DNA of 64,000 nt from Clostridia bacterium (GTDB taxonomy: Bacteria; Bacillota; Clostridia; Monoglobales; Monoglobaceae). Numbering within the stretch: position 1 is the stretch's first letter; every line of letters starts with the position of its first letter. The notes below the pieces were generated by a model. That model searched no databases. It worked only from the letters and a program-made list of their open reading frames with translations, and was not told where the DNA came from. Made by a program: the position numbers and the translations under genes. Location of the stretch: positions 5,149 through 69,148 of the forward strand of contig JAZRQL010000053.1 in assembly GCA_045649725.1 (NCBI GenBank), in the 5' to 3' direction. Below are positions 1 through 9,718 of this stretch, piece after piece.

Positions 1-1
1 T

Positions 2-136
2 GAGGGCGAGGATATGACCCTTAAATGTAATTCCACTTTAACGGTGAGTAATGAATTTTCAGATCATCAGGCGGATGTGAGATTTGAAAGCGGTATGGTG
101 CTTGTTATGTTATGTAACGACGCTACGGATATATAA
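2..136 (+). CDS. 3' end of an unidentified CDS truncated by the window edge
   Basis: The frame is open from the window edge to TAA at 134-136, and the RBS of the next gene follows directly. No recognisable motif in the 44 visible residues. Confidence 0.3.
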   Translation, partial: EGEDMTLKCNSTLTVSNEFSDHQADVRFESGMVLVMLCNDATDI

Positions 137-151
137 AAGGAGATATGGGGT

Positions 152-748
152 ATGAAGAAGCTTAAATATGCTATAGTGACAGTTGTGCTTATAATGGCAT
201 TATTGTTAAGCGGATGCATTGCTTCTGAAATGGGAGCGAAAAAGGCCTTTGAGGGTATGATGAACGCTTTTAAAGAATGTAATAGCGAAGAGATAGAAAA
301 CTATTACAGTTTCAGCGGAGTCACAAACTACATAGATGAGGTCAGCGGAGAAGAATACAGAGATGCGATTTTGTCCACCTTGAGCAAAATGGATTATAAA
401 ATAAACTCTGCAAGAACTGTAAACGATACTACTGTTATTATAAATGCGGATATAACAACCATTGATTTTTCAGAGATTATAAACAGCTATATAGAAGAGA
501 TTGTTGAAACAGTAGAGAGTAAGGAATATCAGCTTAAGGTAAAGTCTATGACAACTGAAGAGTATAAAACCAAAATGGCAGAAAAAATGGTTGATGCCAT
601 AGAAGAAAGCTCCGGCAAGACAGTTACAAAACCCGTTGAGGTTATGATGGTTAAGTCCGGAGATGAATGGGTTTTAGGCGGAGAGGCAGATGTATTTTTA
701 GGCGTACTCTTTGCTGATATGAGTAACGCAGTTCGTTCTTTAACATAA
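152..748 (+). CDS. Putative lipoprotein of unknown function
   Basis: N-terminal signal peptide ending in the lipobox LLSGC, with AAAGGAG RBS upstream of the ATG. No catalytic motif recognised. Confidence 0.7.
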   Translation: MKKLKYAIVTVVLIMALLLSGCIASEMGAKKAFEGMMNAFKECNSEEIENYYSFSGVTNYIDEVSGEEYRDAILSTLSKMDYKINSARTVNDTTVIINADITTIDFSEIINSYIEEIVETVESKEYQLKVKSMTTEEYKTKMAEKMVDAIEESSGKTVTKPVEVMMVKSGDEWVLGGEADVFLGVLFADMSNAVRSLT

Positions 749-762
749 ACTGAATAATAAGG

Positions 763-798
763 CCACCTTCTGCATAAGATACAGAGAGGTGGTTTTTT
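763..798 (+). terminator. Rho-independent terminator after the lipoprotein gene
   Basis: CCACCTTCTG (763-772) pairs with CAGA(G)AGGTGG (782-792), followed by T6 (793-798). The 3' arm GAGGTGG doubles as the only SD-like sequence for the GTG start at 799. Confidence 0.7.
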
Positions 799-1275
799 GT
801 GTTTGGAACAATAAATTTAAAAAAGCTTATAACAAGCATTATATTACCTGTTGGGGTTGGTGTTTTATCAGCTCTTTTTACAATGGGGTCTATGGATATT
901 TATGGGGAGATAAACTCTCCCCCATTATCTCCGCCCGGCGTAGTCTTTCCAATAGTATGGACAATTTTATTCACCCTTATGGGAATTTCTTTATACAGAG
1001 TGAGGGTGGCAAAGAGGAGCAATGCCGATAAGGAGAAAGGCTACAGAGCCTTTGCCCTTCAGCTTATATTTAACTTTTTGTGGAGTATTGTTTTCTTTAA
1101 TTTAAGAGCATATACATTTTCAGCTATATGGCTTGTTGCCCTGATTATATTGATAGTTGCAAATATAATTTATTTTTATAAGGTTGATAAAGGGGCGGCA
1201 TATCTTCTAATCCCCTATCTTATATGGTGCGTGTTTGCTCTTTATCTAAATATAGGAATAGCAATTTTAAATTAA
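799..1275 (+). CDS. tspO: TspO/MBR family tryptophan-rich sensory protein
   Basis: 158 aa, about 5 predicted TM helices, Trp-rich. The N-terminal segment SPPLSPPGVVFPIVWTILFTLMGISLY matches the TspO signature region. GTG start. Confidence 0.8.
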   Translation: MFGTINLKKLITSIILPVGVGVLSALFTMGSMDIYGEINSPPLSPPGVVFPIVWTILFTLMGISLYRVRVAKRSNADKEKGYRAFALQLIFNFLWSIVFFNLRAYTFSAIWLVALIILIVANIIYFYKVDKGAAYLLIPYLIWCVFALYLNIGIAILN

Positions 1276-1307
1276 AAAAAGTCGCAGGTTTTATCCTGCG
1301 ACTTTTT
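1274..1307. terminator. Bidirectional rho-independent terminator between convergent genes
   Basis: A7, then GTCGCAGG (1281-1288), a 6-nt loop, CCTGCGAC (1295-1302), then T5. It can serve tspO (+) and the ABC operon (-). Confidence 0.75.
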
Positions 1308-1321
1308 AATAGGTAAAATTA

Positions 1322-2101
1322 TTATTCAGCTACTGCGTACTTTGCAGCAAGTTCTGAAACTGTTCCGTCTGCGAGCATCTTTTCGATAGATGCGTTGATC
1401 TTTTCGAGAAGTTCTGTGTTGCCCTTTGCAACTGCGATAGCGTATTCTTCGCCTGCGAATGCTTCACTATCTTCAATGATAACTAAACCTTCGTTATCAG
1501 CAACATACTTCTGAGCAGTAGCGCTGTCGATAACAACAACGTCACACTTACCGTTAACGAGTTCCATTATAGCATCTGTACCCTTCTTGAATGATTCAAA
1601 TGCATAACCCATTTCCTGAACACATGTTTCGCCTGTGTAACCCTGGATAACAGCGATCTTCTTGTCAGCCATATCAGCAGCTGTCTTTATAGCAGAACCA
1701 TCCTTAACGATCATAACCTGTGTAGCTGTGTAGTAAGGAGTTGAGAAGTCAACAGTTTCTTTTCTTTCTTCTGTAACTGTCATACCAGCGATAACAGCGT
1801 CAAGCTGCTTGTTCTGGAGAGCAACTAAGAGAGAGTCGAATTCCATGTTGTTGATCTTAGCTTCCATACCATTGTCTTCAGCGATCTTCTTTGCGATAGC
1901 CATATCAATACCATCGAATTCGCCGATAACGCCACCGCTTGTTGAAATAAATTCAAATGGTGGGAATTCTGCGTTTGTACCGAAGGTGATTGTCTTAGCA
2001 GCTTCGCCTGTTTCTGTTGGTGCTGTACCGCAGCCTGCAAATGCCATAGCAACTAATACGAGGGCTACAACAAGTGCCATTACTTTTGTGAGTTTTTTCA
2101 T
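1322..2101 (-). CDS. Polar amino-acid ABC transporter substrate-binding lipoprotein
   Basis: Signal peptide with lipobox AFAGC. Family-3 SBP-like body, and last gene of a permease-ATPase-SBP operon. Confidence 0.85.
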   Translation of the reverse strand: MKKLTKVMALVVALVLVAMAFAGCGTAPTETGEAAKTITFGTNAEFPPFEFISTSGGVIGEFDGIDMAIAKKIAEDNGMEAKINNMEFDSLLVALQNKQLDAVIAGMTVTEERKETVDFSTPYYTATQVMIVKDGSAIKTAADMADKKIAVIQGYTGETCVQEMGYAFESFKKGTDAIMELVNGKCDVVVIDSATAQKYVADNEGLVIIEDSEAFAGEEYAIAVAKGNTELLEKINASIEKMLADGTVSELAAKYAVAE

Positions 2102-2160
2102 TTTACATATACTCCTTTTTAAATATATTATTACAAGGGAAAACCCTGTAATTTCGTGAT

Positions 2161-2883
2161 TTATAAAACTTTGCTCAAAAACGACTTTGTTCTCTCGTTC
2201 TGTGGTGAATCGAATATCTGTTCAGGAGTTCCGCTTTCTGCTATAACTCCTTCATCCATAAACAGAATTCTTGTTCCAACTTCACGGGCAAAGCCCATTT
2301 CGTGAGTAACAACAACCATTGTCATGCCTGAGTTAGCAAGTTCCTTCATAACGTCTAAAACTTCGCCGACCATTTCAGGGTCAAGAGCGGAAGTTGGTTC
2401 GTCAAAGAGCATAATGTCAGGCTCCATAGCAAGGGCTCTTGCAATGGCAACTCTCTGCTTCTGCCCGCCTGATAACTGTGCAGGATAAGCATCAGCCTTA
2501 TCGGAAAGACCAACCTTTTTAAGAAGCTCTTCTCCTTTTTGTGTTGCCTGCTCCTTTGTCATTTTCTTTAAAAGAACAGGAGCTAAAGTGATATTTTTCA
2601 TTATTGTAAGATGAGGGAAGAGGTTAAAGTGCTGGAACACCATACCCATCTTTTCTCTTATCTTGTTTACATTGCTTTTAGGTGAGGTAATAAGCTCATC
2701 AGCAATGTATATGTCGCCATCTGTTGGCTTTTCAAGTAAGTTAAGACAGCGCAGGAAGGTACTCTTACCTGAACCGGAAGGGCCGATAACAACAACAACT
2801 TCTCCTTTGGAGATATGTTCGTCTATACCTTTTAAAACTTCTAACTTACCAAAACTTTTACGAAGATTTTTTACCTTGATCAA
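2161..2883 (-). CDS. Amino-acid ABC transporter ATP-binding protein (GlnQ-like)
   Basis: Walker [13 protein letters not shown] signature LSGGQKQR, Walker [14 protein letters not shown]-loop VTHEMGFA. Confidence 0.92.
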   Translation of the reverse strand: MIKVKNLRKSFGKLEVLKGIDEHISKGEVVVVIGPSGSGKSTFLRCLNLLEKPTDGDIYIADELITSPKSNVNKIREKMGMVFQHFNLFPHLTIMKNITLAPVLLKKMTKEQATQKGEELLKKVGLSDKADAYPAQLSGGQKQRVAIARALAMEPDIMLFDEPTSALDPEMVGEVLDVMKELANSGMTMVVVTHEMGFAREVGTRILFMDEGVIAESGTPEQIFDSPQNERTKSFLSKVL

Positions 2884-2894
2884 GCATATCCCCC

Positions 2895-3593
2895 CTATCT
2901 GATATCTGACTTTCTTAACTGTTTTTCAATAAGGCCAAGTAACAGAGTAAGAAGCTTAATAAGTACAAAATAGATTATAGCTGTACCGATAAGAGGCATA
3001 AATGCTTCAAAGGTAGAGCTCTTTATAAAGTCGCCGGCTTTCTGGATATCCATAAGGCCAACGTAACCTACGATAGCTGTTTCTTTAATTAAAACAATAA
3101 ATTCATTACAGAATGCAGGGAAAATATTCTTTGCCGCCTGTGGAACAACGATTCTTGACATTGTCTGAAAACCGTTTAAGCCGAGAGAACGACCTGCTTC
3201 TGTCTGACCGATATCTATAGATAAGATACCTGCTCTTATTATCTCGGATACGTAAGCACCCGAGTTAATACCAAAGGCAATAGCGGCAATAATCCACTTT
3301 TCCCAGTTAACTGATGCAAATATAACAAAGTAGATAATCATAAGCTGTGTTACAGACGGAGTTCCTCTTATAACATCTGTGTAAACCTTGCCTATGCCTC
3401 TTAAAAATTTGTTTTTTGAAAGATTGCAAAGTGCAATGACAAGACCGATAATGATACCTAATAAAACAGCAAGAAGGGATACCTTTATGGTAACGCCTAT
3501 ACCGTCTAATAAAAGGGTATATCTGTCATCTTTAATAAAGCACTTATAAAAGGTTGCTGAAAAATCAGCATACCAGGCTGATAAAAAAGACAT
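2895..3593 (-). CDS. Amino-acid ABC transporter permease (His/Glu/Gln/Arg/opine family)
   Basis: Multi-TM protein with the EAA-like loop [25 protein letters not shown]. Start moved to the internal ATG at 3593 (MSFLSAW...), which has an AAAGGA RBS. Confidence 0.85.
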   Translation of the reverse strand: MSFLSAWYADFSATFYKCFIKDDRYTLLLDGIGVTIKVSLLAVLLGIIIGLVIALCNLSKNKFLRGIGKVYTDVIRGTPSVTQLMIIYFVIFASVNWEKWIIAAIAFGINSGAYVSEIIRAGILSIDIGQTEAGRSLGLNGFQTMSRIVVPQAAKNIFPAFCNEFIVLIKETAIVGYVGLMDIQKAGDFIKSSTFEAFMPLIGTAIIYFVLIKLLTLLLGLIEKQLRKSDIR

Positions 3594-3669
3594 ATTAAAA
3601 ATCCTTTCAATAATTATATAAATGTAAACATATGAAAATAATACCACATTTTAGTGGTTAATGCAATAC

Positions 3670-4800
3670 TTAAATTCGTTCTCCTAAAATATTTATGCGG
3701 TCTTTTTTATAAGTGTCGAAACAATCATTGTCAAGGGCGTCGCGTATCTCTGCCATAAGATTATTGTAAAAGTAGAGATTATGCATTACCGCAAGTCGCA
3801 TTGCAAGCATTTCCTTTGCTTTAAAGAGGTGGCGGATATATGACCTTGAAAAGTTTCTGCAGGTTGGGCAGTTACAGTTTTCGTCTAAGGGTCTTTCGTC
3901 ACGTTCATATTTTGCGTTCATAATATTAAGGATTCCCTTTGATGTAAAGATAGTTCCGTGTCTTGCGTTTCTGCTTGGCATAACGCAGTCAAAGAAGTCA
4001 ACCCCACGGTCTACAGCCTCTAAAATATTAAGAGGAGTTCCAACTCCCATAAGATATCGTGGCTTATCCTTTGGCATAAATGGTTCAACCGCTTCAATAA
4101 CGCGATACATATCCTCCGTGCTTTCGCCAACTGCAAGACCGCCTATGGCATAGCCATCGGTGTTAAGTTCAGCAATCCTCTTCATATGTTCAATACGGAT
4201 GTCTTCGTATGTTCCGCCCTGATTTATTCCGAAAAGGAGCTGATTTTTGTTTATGGTAGTATCTAATGAGTTAAGTCTTTTAAGCTCATCTATACAACGT
4301 ACAAGCCAACGGGTTGTACGCTCGGATGACTCTTTTGCATAAACTTTTTCGCATGGGTTTTCAATACATTCGTCAAATGCCATAGCAATTGTTGATGCAA
4401 GGTTTGACTGAATCTGCATACTCTCTTCAGGACCCATAAAAATCTTTCGTCCGTCAATGTGGGAAGAGAAGTAAACGCCTTCTTCTTTTATGTTTCGGAG
4501 CTGTGCAAGAGAAAATACCTGAAATCCACCGCTGTCGGTTAAAATAGGCTTTTGCCAGTTCATAAACTTATGAAGACCTCCCATATCGTGAACAACCTTA
4601 TCTCCCGGTCTTAAATGAAGATGATAAGTGTTTGAAAGCTCTACCTGACACCCTAAATCGTTAAGTTCCGGAACAGAAACTGCACCCTTGATAGCGGCAG
4701 CTGTGCCCACGTTCATAAAGACAGGTGTCTGAATTGTACCGTGAACGGTTCTGAATTCACCGCGTCTTGCTTTACCTTGTGTTTTTATAAGCTTAAACAT
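3670..4800 (-). CDS. tgt: Queuine tRNA-ribosyltransferase (tRNA-guanine transglycosylase)
   Basis: LTDSGGFQVFSL catalytic region and the Zn site CNCPTCRNFSRSYIRHL. 376 aa, immediately downstream of queA. Confidence 0.95.
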   Translation of the reverse strand: MFKLIKTQGKARRGEFRTVHGTIQTPVFMNVGTAAAIKGAVSVPELNDLGCQVELSNTYHLHLRPGDKVVHDMGGLHKFMNWQKPILTDSGGFQVFSLAQLRNIKEEGVYFSSHIDGRKIFMGPEESMQIQSNLASTIAMAFDECIENPCEKVYAKESSERTTRWLVRCIDELKRLNSLDTTINKNQLLFGINQGGTYEDIRIEHMKRIAELNTDGYAIGGLAVGESTEDMYRVIEAVEPFMPKDKPRYLMGVGTPLNILEAVDRGVDFFDCVMPSRNARHGTIFTSKGILNIMNAKYERDERPLDENCNCPTCRNFSRSYIRHLFKAKEMLAMRLAVMHNLYFYNNLMAEIRDALDNDCFDTYKKDRINILGERI

Positions 4801-4820
4801 TTTTCTCTCCTTTTAAAAGT

Positions 4821-4842
4821 TTACGGCATATGAATGCCGTAA
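4821..4842 (-). terminator. Perfect 9-bp hairpin between queA and tgt (possible attenuator or terminator)
   Basis: TTACGGCAT (4821-4829) pairs with ATGCCGTAA (4834-4842) around a 4-nt loop. On the transcribed minus strand it is followed by ACUUUUAAAAGGAGAG and the tgt ATG. The U-tract is short. Confidence 0.35.
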
Positions 4843-4939
4843 AATGAATAATGAATGATGAATAGTGAAAAATTAATGAAGAAATCCGCGGACGGATTTC
4901 AACCACAATTATTCATTATTAATTATTAAATATTCATTT
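4841..4939 (+). repeat. Copy A of the AT-rich palindromic intergenic repeat (short variant, single internal hairpin)
   Basis: Left arm AAAATGAATAATGAATGATGAATAGTGAAAAATTAATGAA, hairpin GAAATCCG-CGGA-CGGATTTC (4881-4900), right arm AACCACAATTATTCATTATTAATTATT... It aligns with copies B-D. Confidence 0.8.
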
Positions 4940-4940
4940 G

Positions 4941-5966
4941 TTAGCAAATGAACATGGCGTCTCCAAAACTGAAAAATCTGTATTTTTCATTAACTGCAGT
5001 TTCGTATGCTTTCATAATCTTGTCTTTTCCTGCAAGAGCAGAAACAAGCATTAAAAGGGTGGATTCAGGAAGGTGGAAATTTGTGATAAGGGCATCTACC
5101 ACCTTATATTTATACCCGGGATAAATAAAGATTTGGGTATCCCCTGATGATGGGATAATAGTTCCGTCATCCTTTGATGATGTTTCTAAAGTTCTTACAG
5201 AGGTTGTGCCGACAGCTATAACTCTGCCGCCATTCTTCTTTGTTTCGTTTATTATGTCAGCGCTTTCTTTACTTATGCTGTAATATTCGCTGTGCATAAG
5301 GTGGTCTTCAACATTGTCAACAGACACAGGCCTGAATGTGCCAAGACCAACGTGGAGGGTAAGATATGCTATCTTAACTCCCATATCTTCTATCTTTTTG
5401 ATAAGGTCCTGTGTAAAGTGAAGCCCTGCAGTAGGCGCAGCGGCAGAACCCTCTATTTTAGAATATACTGTTTGGTAGCGCTCTCTGTCGGAAAGCTTTT
5501 CTTTAATGTATGGAGGAAGAGGCATTTCGCCAAGCTTGTCTAAAATCTCTTCCCATACGCCATCATATTCAAACCTTACAATTCGGTTTCCGTCTTCTAT
5601 AACCTCAAGAATTTCTGCCCTTAAAAGACCTCCCCCAAACTCAAAACGGCTTCCGGGTTTTGCCTTCTTTCCGGGCTTTAAGATAACTTCCCATTTGTCA
5701 AGCTCAAGGCGTTTAAGAAGAAGAAACTCAATTTTGCCCCCTGAACCTTCTTTAACTCCGTAAAGCCTTGCAGGAATAACTCGGGTGTTGTTCATAACAA
5801 GACAGTCCCCTGCCTTTAAGTAGTCAGTAATATCATAAAAATGCTTATGAGTTATGTCACCATTTTCCTTATCAAGCACCATAAGACGTGATGAAGTTCT
5901 GTCATCTAAAGGGGTCTGTGCGATTAACTCTTCAGGCAGATGATAGTAAAAATCCTTTGTGGTCAT
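4941..5966 (-). CDS. queA: S-adenosylmethionine:tRNA ribosyltransferase-isomerase
   Basis: 341 aa with the typical N-terminus [16 protein letters not shown]. queA-tgt synteny. Confidence 0.95.
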   Translation of the reverse strand: MTTKDFYYHLPEELIAQTPLDDRTSSRLMVLDKENGDITHKHFYDITDYLKAGDCLVMNNTRVIPARLYGVKEGSGGKIEFLLLKRLELDKWEVILKPGKKAKPGSRFEFGGGLLRAEILEVIEDGNRIVRFEYDGVWEEILDKLGEMPLPPYIKEKLSDRERYQTVYSKIEGSAAAPTAGLHFTQDLIKKIEDMGVKIAYLTLHVGLGTFRPVSVDNVEDHLMHSEYYSISKESADIINETKKNGGRVIAVGTTSVRTLETSSKDDGTIIPSSGDTQIFIYPGYKYKVVDALITNFHLPESTLLMLVSALAGKDKIMKAYETAVNEKYRFFSFGDAMFIC

Positions 5967-5988
5967 TTAAATTCTCCTAAAATCAAGA

Positions 5989-7365
5989 TTAATATGCGTT
6001 TTCTAAATTTGTTCCGGGGAAGTAGTGAAGAAGAATGTCAACATATCTAAAGCCTTCTTCTGCCATACCCTTTGCACCATACTGGCTCATACCGATAGAA
6101 TGTCCCCAGCCAACACCTTCAAAGGTGAAAATTGTATTTCCTGTCTGGCTTGAAGCAGTTATTTCATAGATTGCCTGCTTTGTTCCGTCTGTAACAAAAA
6201 GCTTTGTGGCATCAAGAGTAACTCTTCCTGATGCTGTAAGAATAACTATGTCATTTATCAGCTTTTTTGAAACATTGGCTCCGTCTGTGGCGCGGATTTC
6301 AGGAATATCTTTAGAGCCTGCTCCGTTTCCTGAAACCTTAAACTGCTGACTTTTTGTTATTGTGTTGAATATTGTTCGGCAAGCCTCTCTCTCAAATGTC
6401 TTTGTTCCGAGAGTTCCTGTAACTTCAAGCTTTAAAACTCGGCCATTGTCTGTGTATTCGGTGGCAACAATGTTTGTTACCTGACCTACGTCATAGCCCT
6501 TGTTTCGCATAATTGTTGTTGCCTCGTCTGCAGTTAATGAACCTGTCCATACTCCGTTAGGAATATTAGCAGTATCTTCATAGCTGTTATCAACGCTTAT
6601 AAGATAAGGAACGGAGTTTCCCCAAACGTTTTTAACGTCTTCGGTTCTTGCTCCTGCTGATGAACTGTAATAAAGCTGTGCAATCTTTCCGTCATATGTT
6701 AAAACCTGATTTGATGTATCGTCAACAGGTGCATATGAATTTTCGGTTTCGTATCTTGTTCCTGAATAAGCCTGACAGCAAACTGTGCTGCATAAGTCAA
6801 AGCCATATTCGGAATGCTTTTTAAGGTTGTTTGCGGCATAGTTTCTTGCGCAAACTGCCTGAACCTTAAGGGCTTCCTGATGCCATGAAGGGCTCATCTC
6901 ACGAGAGATAACTCCATAGAGGTAGTTGTCCATAAAAACAACGTTGGTGATAACACTTTTTCCGTTCACAAGCTTAATATCAAGACCGCCTCTGTATTCC
7001 TCACCGTTTATGGAAAGAACACGGTTAAGACCACCCTTTGTAGGGAAGATACCAAGCCCTGTTTCTGCAGATGTTGTTTGATAAAGGGTTCTTCCGTTGT
7101 TTGATGCAGTAATTTCATCTTCGGTTATTTCTATGTTAAGTTCAGTTACCTTAACAGTTTCTTTCTTGGTAAATTCCGTTCCCTCGTAAATACCTAAATG
7201 AAAACCGTTGTCGGAGGAAACAGTAAGACTGGTTTTAGCAGTTCCCCCATAGAACAAGCCTATTCTCACGTATGAGGGTATGCTGTAATCAGCAAAAGCA
7301 GTAATAGGCAAAGCTATGGTAAGTAATATTGATACGGAAAGAATGAGGGCAAATATTTTCTTCAT
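5989..7365 (-). CDS. SpoIID/LytB domain protein (stage II sporulation protein D-like lytic transglycosylase)
   Basis: Signal peptide, then the SpoIID core VISREMSPSWHQEALKVQAVCARNYA ... CSTVCCQAY ... YSSSAG. Start set at the ATG at 7365 (MKKIFALIL), which has an AAGGAA RBS. Confidence 0.85.
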   Translation of the reverse strand: MKKIFALILSVSILLTIALPITAFADYSIPSYVRIGLFYGGTAKTSLTVSSDNGFHLGIYEGTEFTKKETVKVTELNIEITEDEITASNNGRTLYQTTSAETGLGIFPTKGGLNRVLSINGEEYRGGLDIKLVNGKSVITNVVFMDNYLYGVISREMSPSWHQEALKVQAVCARNYAANNLKKHSEYGFDLCSTVCCQAYSGTRYETENSYAPVDDTSNQVLTYDGKIAQLYYSSSAGARTEDVKNVWGNSVPYLISVDNSYEDTANIPNGVWTGSLTADEATTIMRNKGYDVGQVTNIVATEYTDNGRVLKLEVTGTLGTKTFEREACRTIFNTITKSQQFKVSGNGAGSKDIPEIRATDGANVSKKLINDIVILTASGRVTLDATKLFVTDGTKQAIYEITASSQTGNTIFTFEGVGWGHSIGMSQYGAKGMAEEGFRYVDILLHYFPGTNLENAY

Positions 7366-7555
7366 AAAAATCATTCCTTTCATAAAATAAGCTTATTATA
7401 ATTCATTATATATAATACCACAAAAAATAATAAATTTCTACATATAATTAAAAATTTAAAGAACGATTTCATTAAATTTCAATTACAAATTTTCGCTTTT
7501 GGTTAATCTACCCAAAATATAAGGTAAATTTCCCGCAATTCCACCAAAATAACAT

Positions 7556-7584
7556 TTGACAACTTAAATCACTTTGCATATAAT
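7556..7584 (+). promoter_or_regulatory. SigA-type promoter upstream of asd
   Basis: TTGACA (7556-7561), a 17-nt spacer, then TATAAT (7579-7584). This is a perfect consensus, about 80 nt upstream of the asd GTG. Confidence 0.65.
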
Positions 7585-7662
7585 ATAAGATGTATGAATG
7601 TGTATATTATTCCGCGCTAAAATAGTGGAGTAAAGATTAGATACAATATAGGAGGAATTGTT

Positions 7663-8742
7663 GTGAAACAGTATAACGTAGGTGTAATCGGAGCTACAGG
7701 TATGGTAGGACAGAGATTTATCACTCTTCTTGAAAACCATCCTTGGTTTAATTTAAAGTTGCTTGCTGCATCACCAAGAAGCGCAGGCAAGAAGTATTCA
7801 GAAGCGGTTGGAAACCGTTGGGCTATGAAAACTCCTTTATCTGATAAAGTTGCTGATATGATCGTATATGATGCAACAGCAGATATAGATAAGATTTCTA
7901 AAGAGGTTGACTTTGTTTTATGTGCAGTTGATATGAAGAAGGACGAAATCCGTGCCTTGGAAGAAGCGTATGCAAAGGCTGAATGTCCTGTTGTATCAAA
8001 CAACTCTGCTCACAGACACACAGATGACGTTCCTATGATCGTTCCTGAAATCAACCCTGAACATATGGAAATCATCGAAGCACAGAGAAAGAGATTAGGT
8101 ACAAAGAGAGGCTTTATCGCAGTTAAGTCTAACTGTTCTCTCCAGAGCTATGTACCAGCTCTTCACCCACTTATGAAGTATGGCGTTGATAAGGTTTTAG
8201 CTTGTACATATCAGGCTATCTCAGGCGCAGGTAAGACATTTGAAACATGGCCTGAAATGGTTGATAACGTAATCCCATATATCGGTGGCGAAGAAGAAAA
8301 GAGCGAAATCGAACCTCTTAAGATCTGGGGTAAAGTAGAAGGCGACAAGATTGTTGACGCAACAACACCTGACATTACAGCACAGTGCTTACGTGTTCCT
8401 GCATCAGACGGACATATGGCTGCTGTATTCGTAAAGTTTAAGAACAAGCCATCTATCGAAGAAATCAAAAAGGAATGGAAAGACTTCAGCGGTGTTCCAC
8501 AGGAACTTGAGCTTCCTTCAGCACCAAAACAGTTCCTTAACTATTTTGAAGAACCTGACCGTCCACAGACAAGACTCGACCGTGATTTAGAAGGCGGTAT
8601 GGCTGTTTCTATGGGTCGCTTACGTGAGGATTCACAGTATGACTACAAGTTTGTATGTCTTTCTCATAATACTCTTCGCGGTGCTGCCGGCGGTGCAGTT
8701 CTTATGGCAGAGCTTCTTGCAGCAAAGGGTTATTTTGACTAA
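7663..8742 (+). CDS. asd: Aspartate-semialdehyde dehydrogenase
   Basis: N-terminal NAD(P) fold VGVIGATGMVGQRF, active-site SNCS, and C-terminal HNTLRGAAGGAVL. GTG start with AGGAGG RBS. Confidence 0.95.
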   Translation: MKQYNVGVIGATGMVGQRFITLLENHPWFNLKLLAASPRSAGKKYSEAVGNRWAMKTPLSDKVADMIVYDATADIDKISKEVDFVLCAVDMKKDEIRALEEAYAKAECPVVSNNSAHRHTDDVPMIVPEINPEHMEIIEAQRKRLGTKRGFIAVKSNCSLQSYVPALHPLMKYGVDKVLACTYQAISGAGKTFETWPEMVDNVIPYIGGEEEKSEIEPLKIWGKVEGDKIVDATTPDITAQCLRVPASDGHMAAVFVKFKNKPSIEEIKKEWKDFSGVPQELELPSAPKQFLNYFEEPDRPQTRLDRDLEGGMAVSMGRLREDSQYDYKFVCLSHNTLRGAAGGAVLMAELLAAKGYFD

Positions 8743-8818
8743 AACAGGGCTTACATTATAGTAAGCGGTTAAATTTTATATTAAGCCTCTTTTTGAGGCA
8801 GACAGGAGAGTGTAAATT

Positions 8819-9700
8819 ATGAAGACACCTATTTTTACAGGTTCAGCTGTTGCTATCGTAACACCTTTTACTGAAACCGGAGTGGACTTTGATAAACTTG
8901 CTGAATTAATTGAGTTTCATATAGAAAATAAAACAGATGCTATTGTAATCTGTGGTACAACAGGCGAAGCTTCAACTATGCCTGATGCAGAGCATTTAGA
9001 AGCAATTCGTTTTACTGTTGAAAAGGTTAATAAGAGAATTCCTGTTATTGCCGGAACAGGCAGTAACGATACAGCTCACGCTATAGAACTCAGTAAGGGC
9101 GCAGAAGAGAGAGGCGCAGACGGTCTTTTGATTGTTACTCCTTATTATAATAAGGGTACTCAGCGCGGACTTTGTCTCCATATTAAGGAAATTGCAAACA
9201 ATGTTAATATTCCTATAATCTTATATAACGTTCCAAGCCGTACAGGTATTGGTTTCTCTCTTGAAACAGTTAAGGAGCTCGCTAAACTTCCTAACGTTGT
9301 TGCTATCAAGGAAGCATCAGGCCAGATAGATTATATGGCGCAGATAGCTGCAGAAACTGACCTTACAATATATTCAGGTAATGACGATATGATAGTTCCT
9401 TGTATGTCACTTGGCGGTAAGGGTGTTATATCTGTTCTTGCAAACGTTGTTCCAAAGGAAACTCACGATATCTGTCAGCTTTATATGGATGGCAAGACAG
9501 AAGAATCAAAGGATTTATTCCTTAAGTATTTAGAACTTGCAAAGGCATTATTTATTGAAGTAAACCCTATTCCCGTTAAAACAGCTTTAAATCATATGGG
9601 CTTTAACGTAGGAAAGTTCAGAATGCCTCTTTGTGATATGTTGCCTGAAAATGCTGAAAAGCTTGATAAGGTTCTCAAAAAATACGGCTTAATGAAATAA
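8819..9700 (+). CDS. dapA: 4-hydroxy-tetrahydrodipicolinate synthase
   Basis: GTTGEAST motif, YNVPSRTG motif, and the active-site Lys context AIKEASG. 293 aa. Confidence 0.95.
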   Translation: MKTPIFTGSAVAIVTPFTETGVDFDKLAELIEFHIENKTDAIVICGTTGEASTMPDAEHLEAIRFTVEKVNKRIPVIAGTGSNDTAHAIELSKGAEERGADGLLIVTPYYNKGTQRGLCLHIKEIANNVNIPIILYNVPSRTGIGFSLETVKELAKLPNVVAIKEASGQIDYMAQIAAETDLTIYSGNDDMIVPCMSLGGKGVISVLANVVPKETHDICQLYMDGKTEESKDLFLKYLELAKALFIEVNPIPVKTALNHMGFNVGKFRMPLCDMLPENAEKLDKVLKKYGLMK

Positions 9701-9718
9701 TAAGGTATGGTGATACAA

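Noticed and set aside
1809-2159. Antisense ORFs listed in the six-frame track inside well-supported genes, for example 1809-2159(+), 7617-8003(-), 24681-25244(-), 30016-30402(-), 36252-36659(-), 50939-51298(+) and 58215-58559(-).
   Set aside because: Each lies wholly opposite a CDS with clear family motifs. They lack an RBS and have low-complexity or Ser/Leu/Ile-rich composition typical of shadow frames.
1322-4800. Possible functional link between queA-tgt and the downstream co-oriented amino-acid ABC transporter, for example queuine or preQ salvage.
   Set aside because: The transporter has ordinary polar-amino-acid (GlnPQ/HisJ-type) motifs and its own 76-nt upstream spacer. Adjacency alone is not evidence.
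7585-7662. Possible lysine (L-box) riboswitch in front of the asd-dapA-dapB operon.
   Set aside because: The leader between the -10 box and the start codon is only about 80 nt and shows no multi-helix structure, so it is too short for an L-box.
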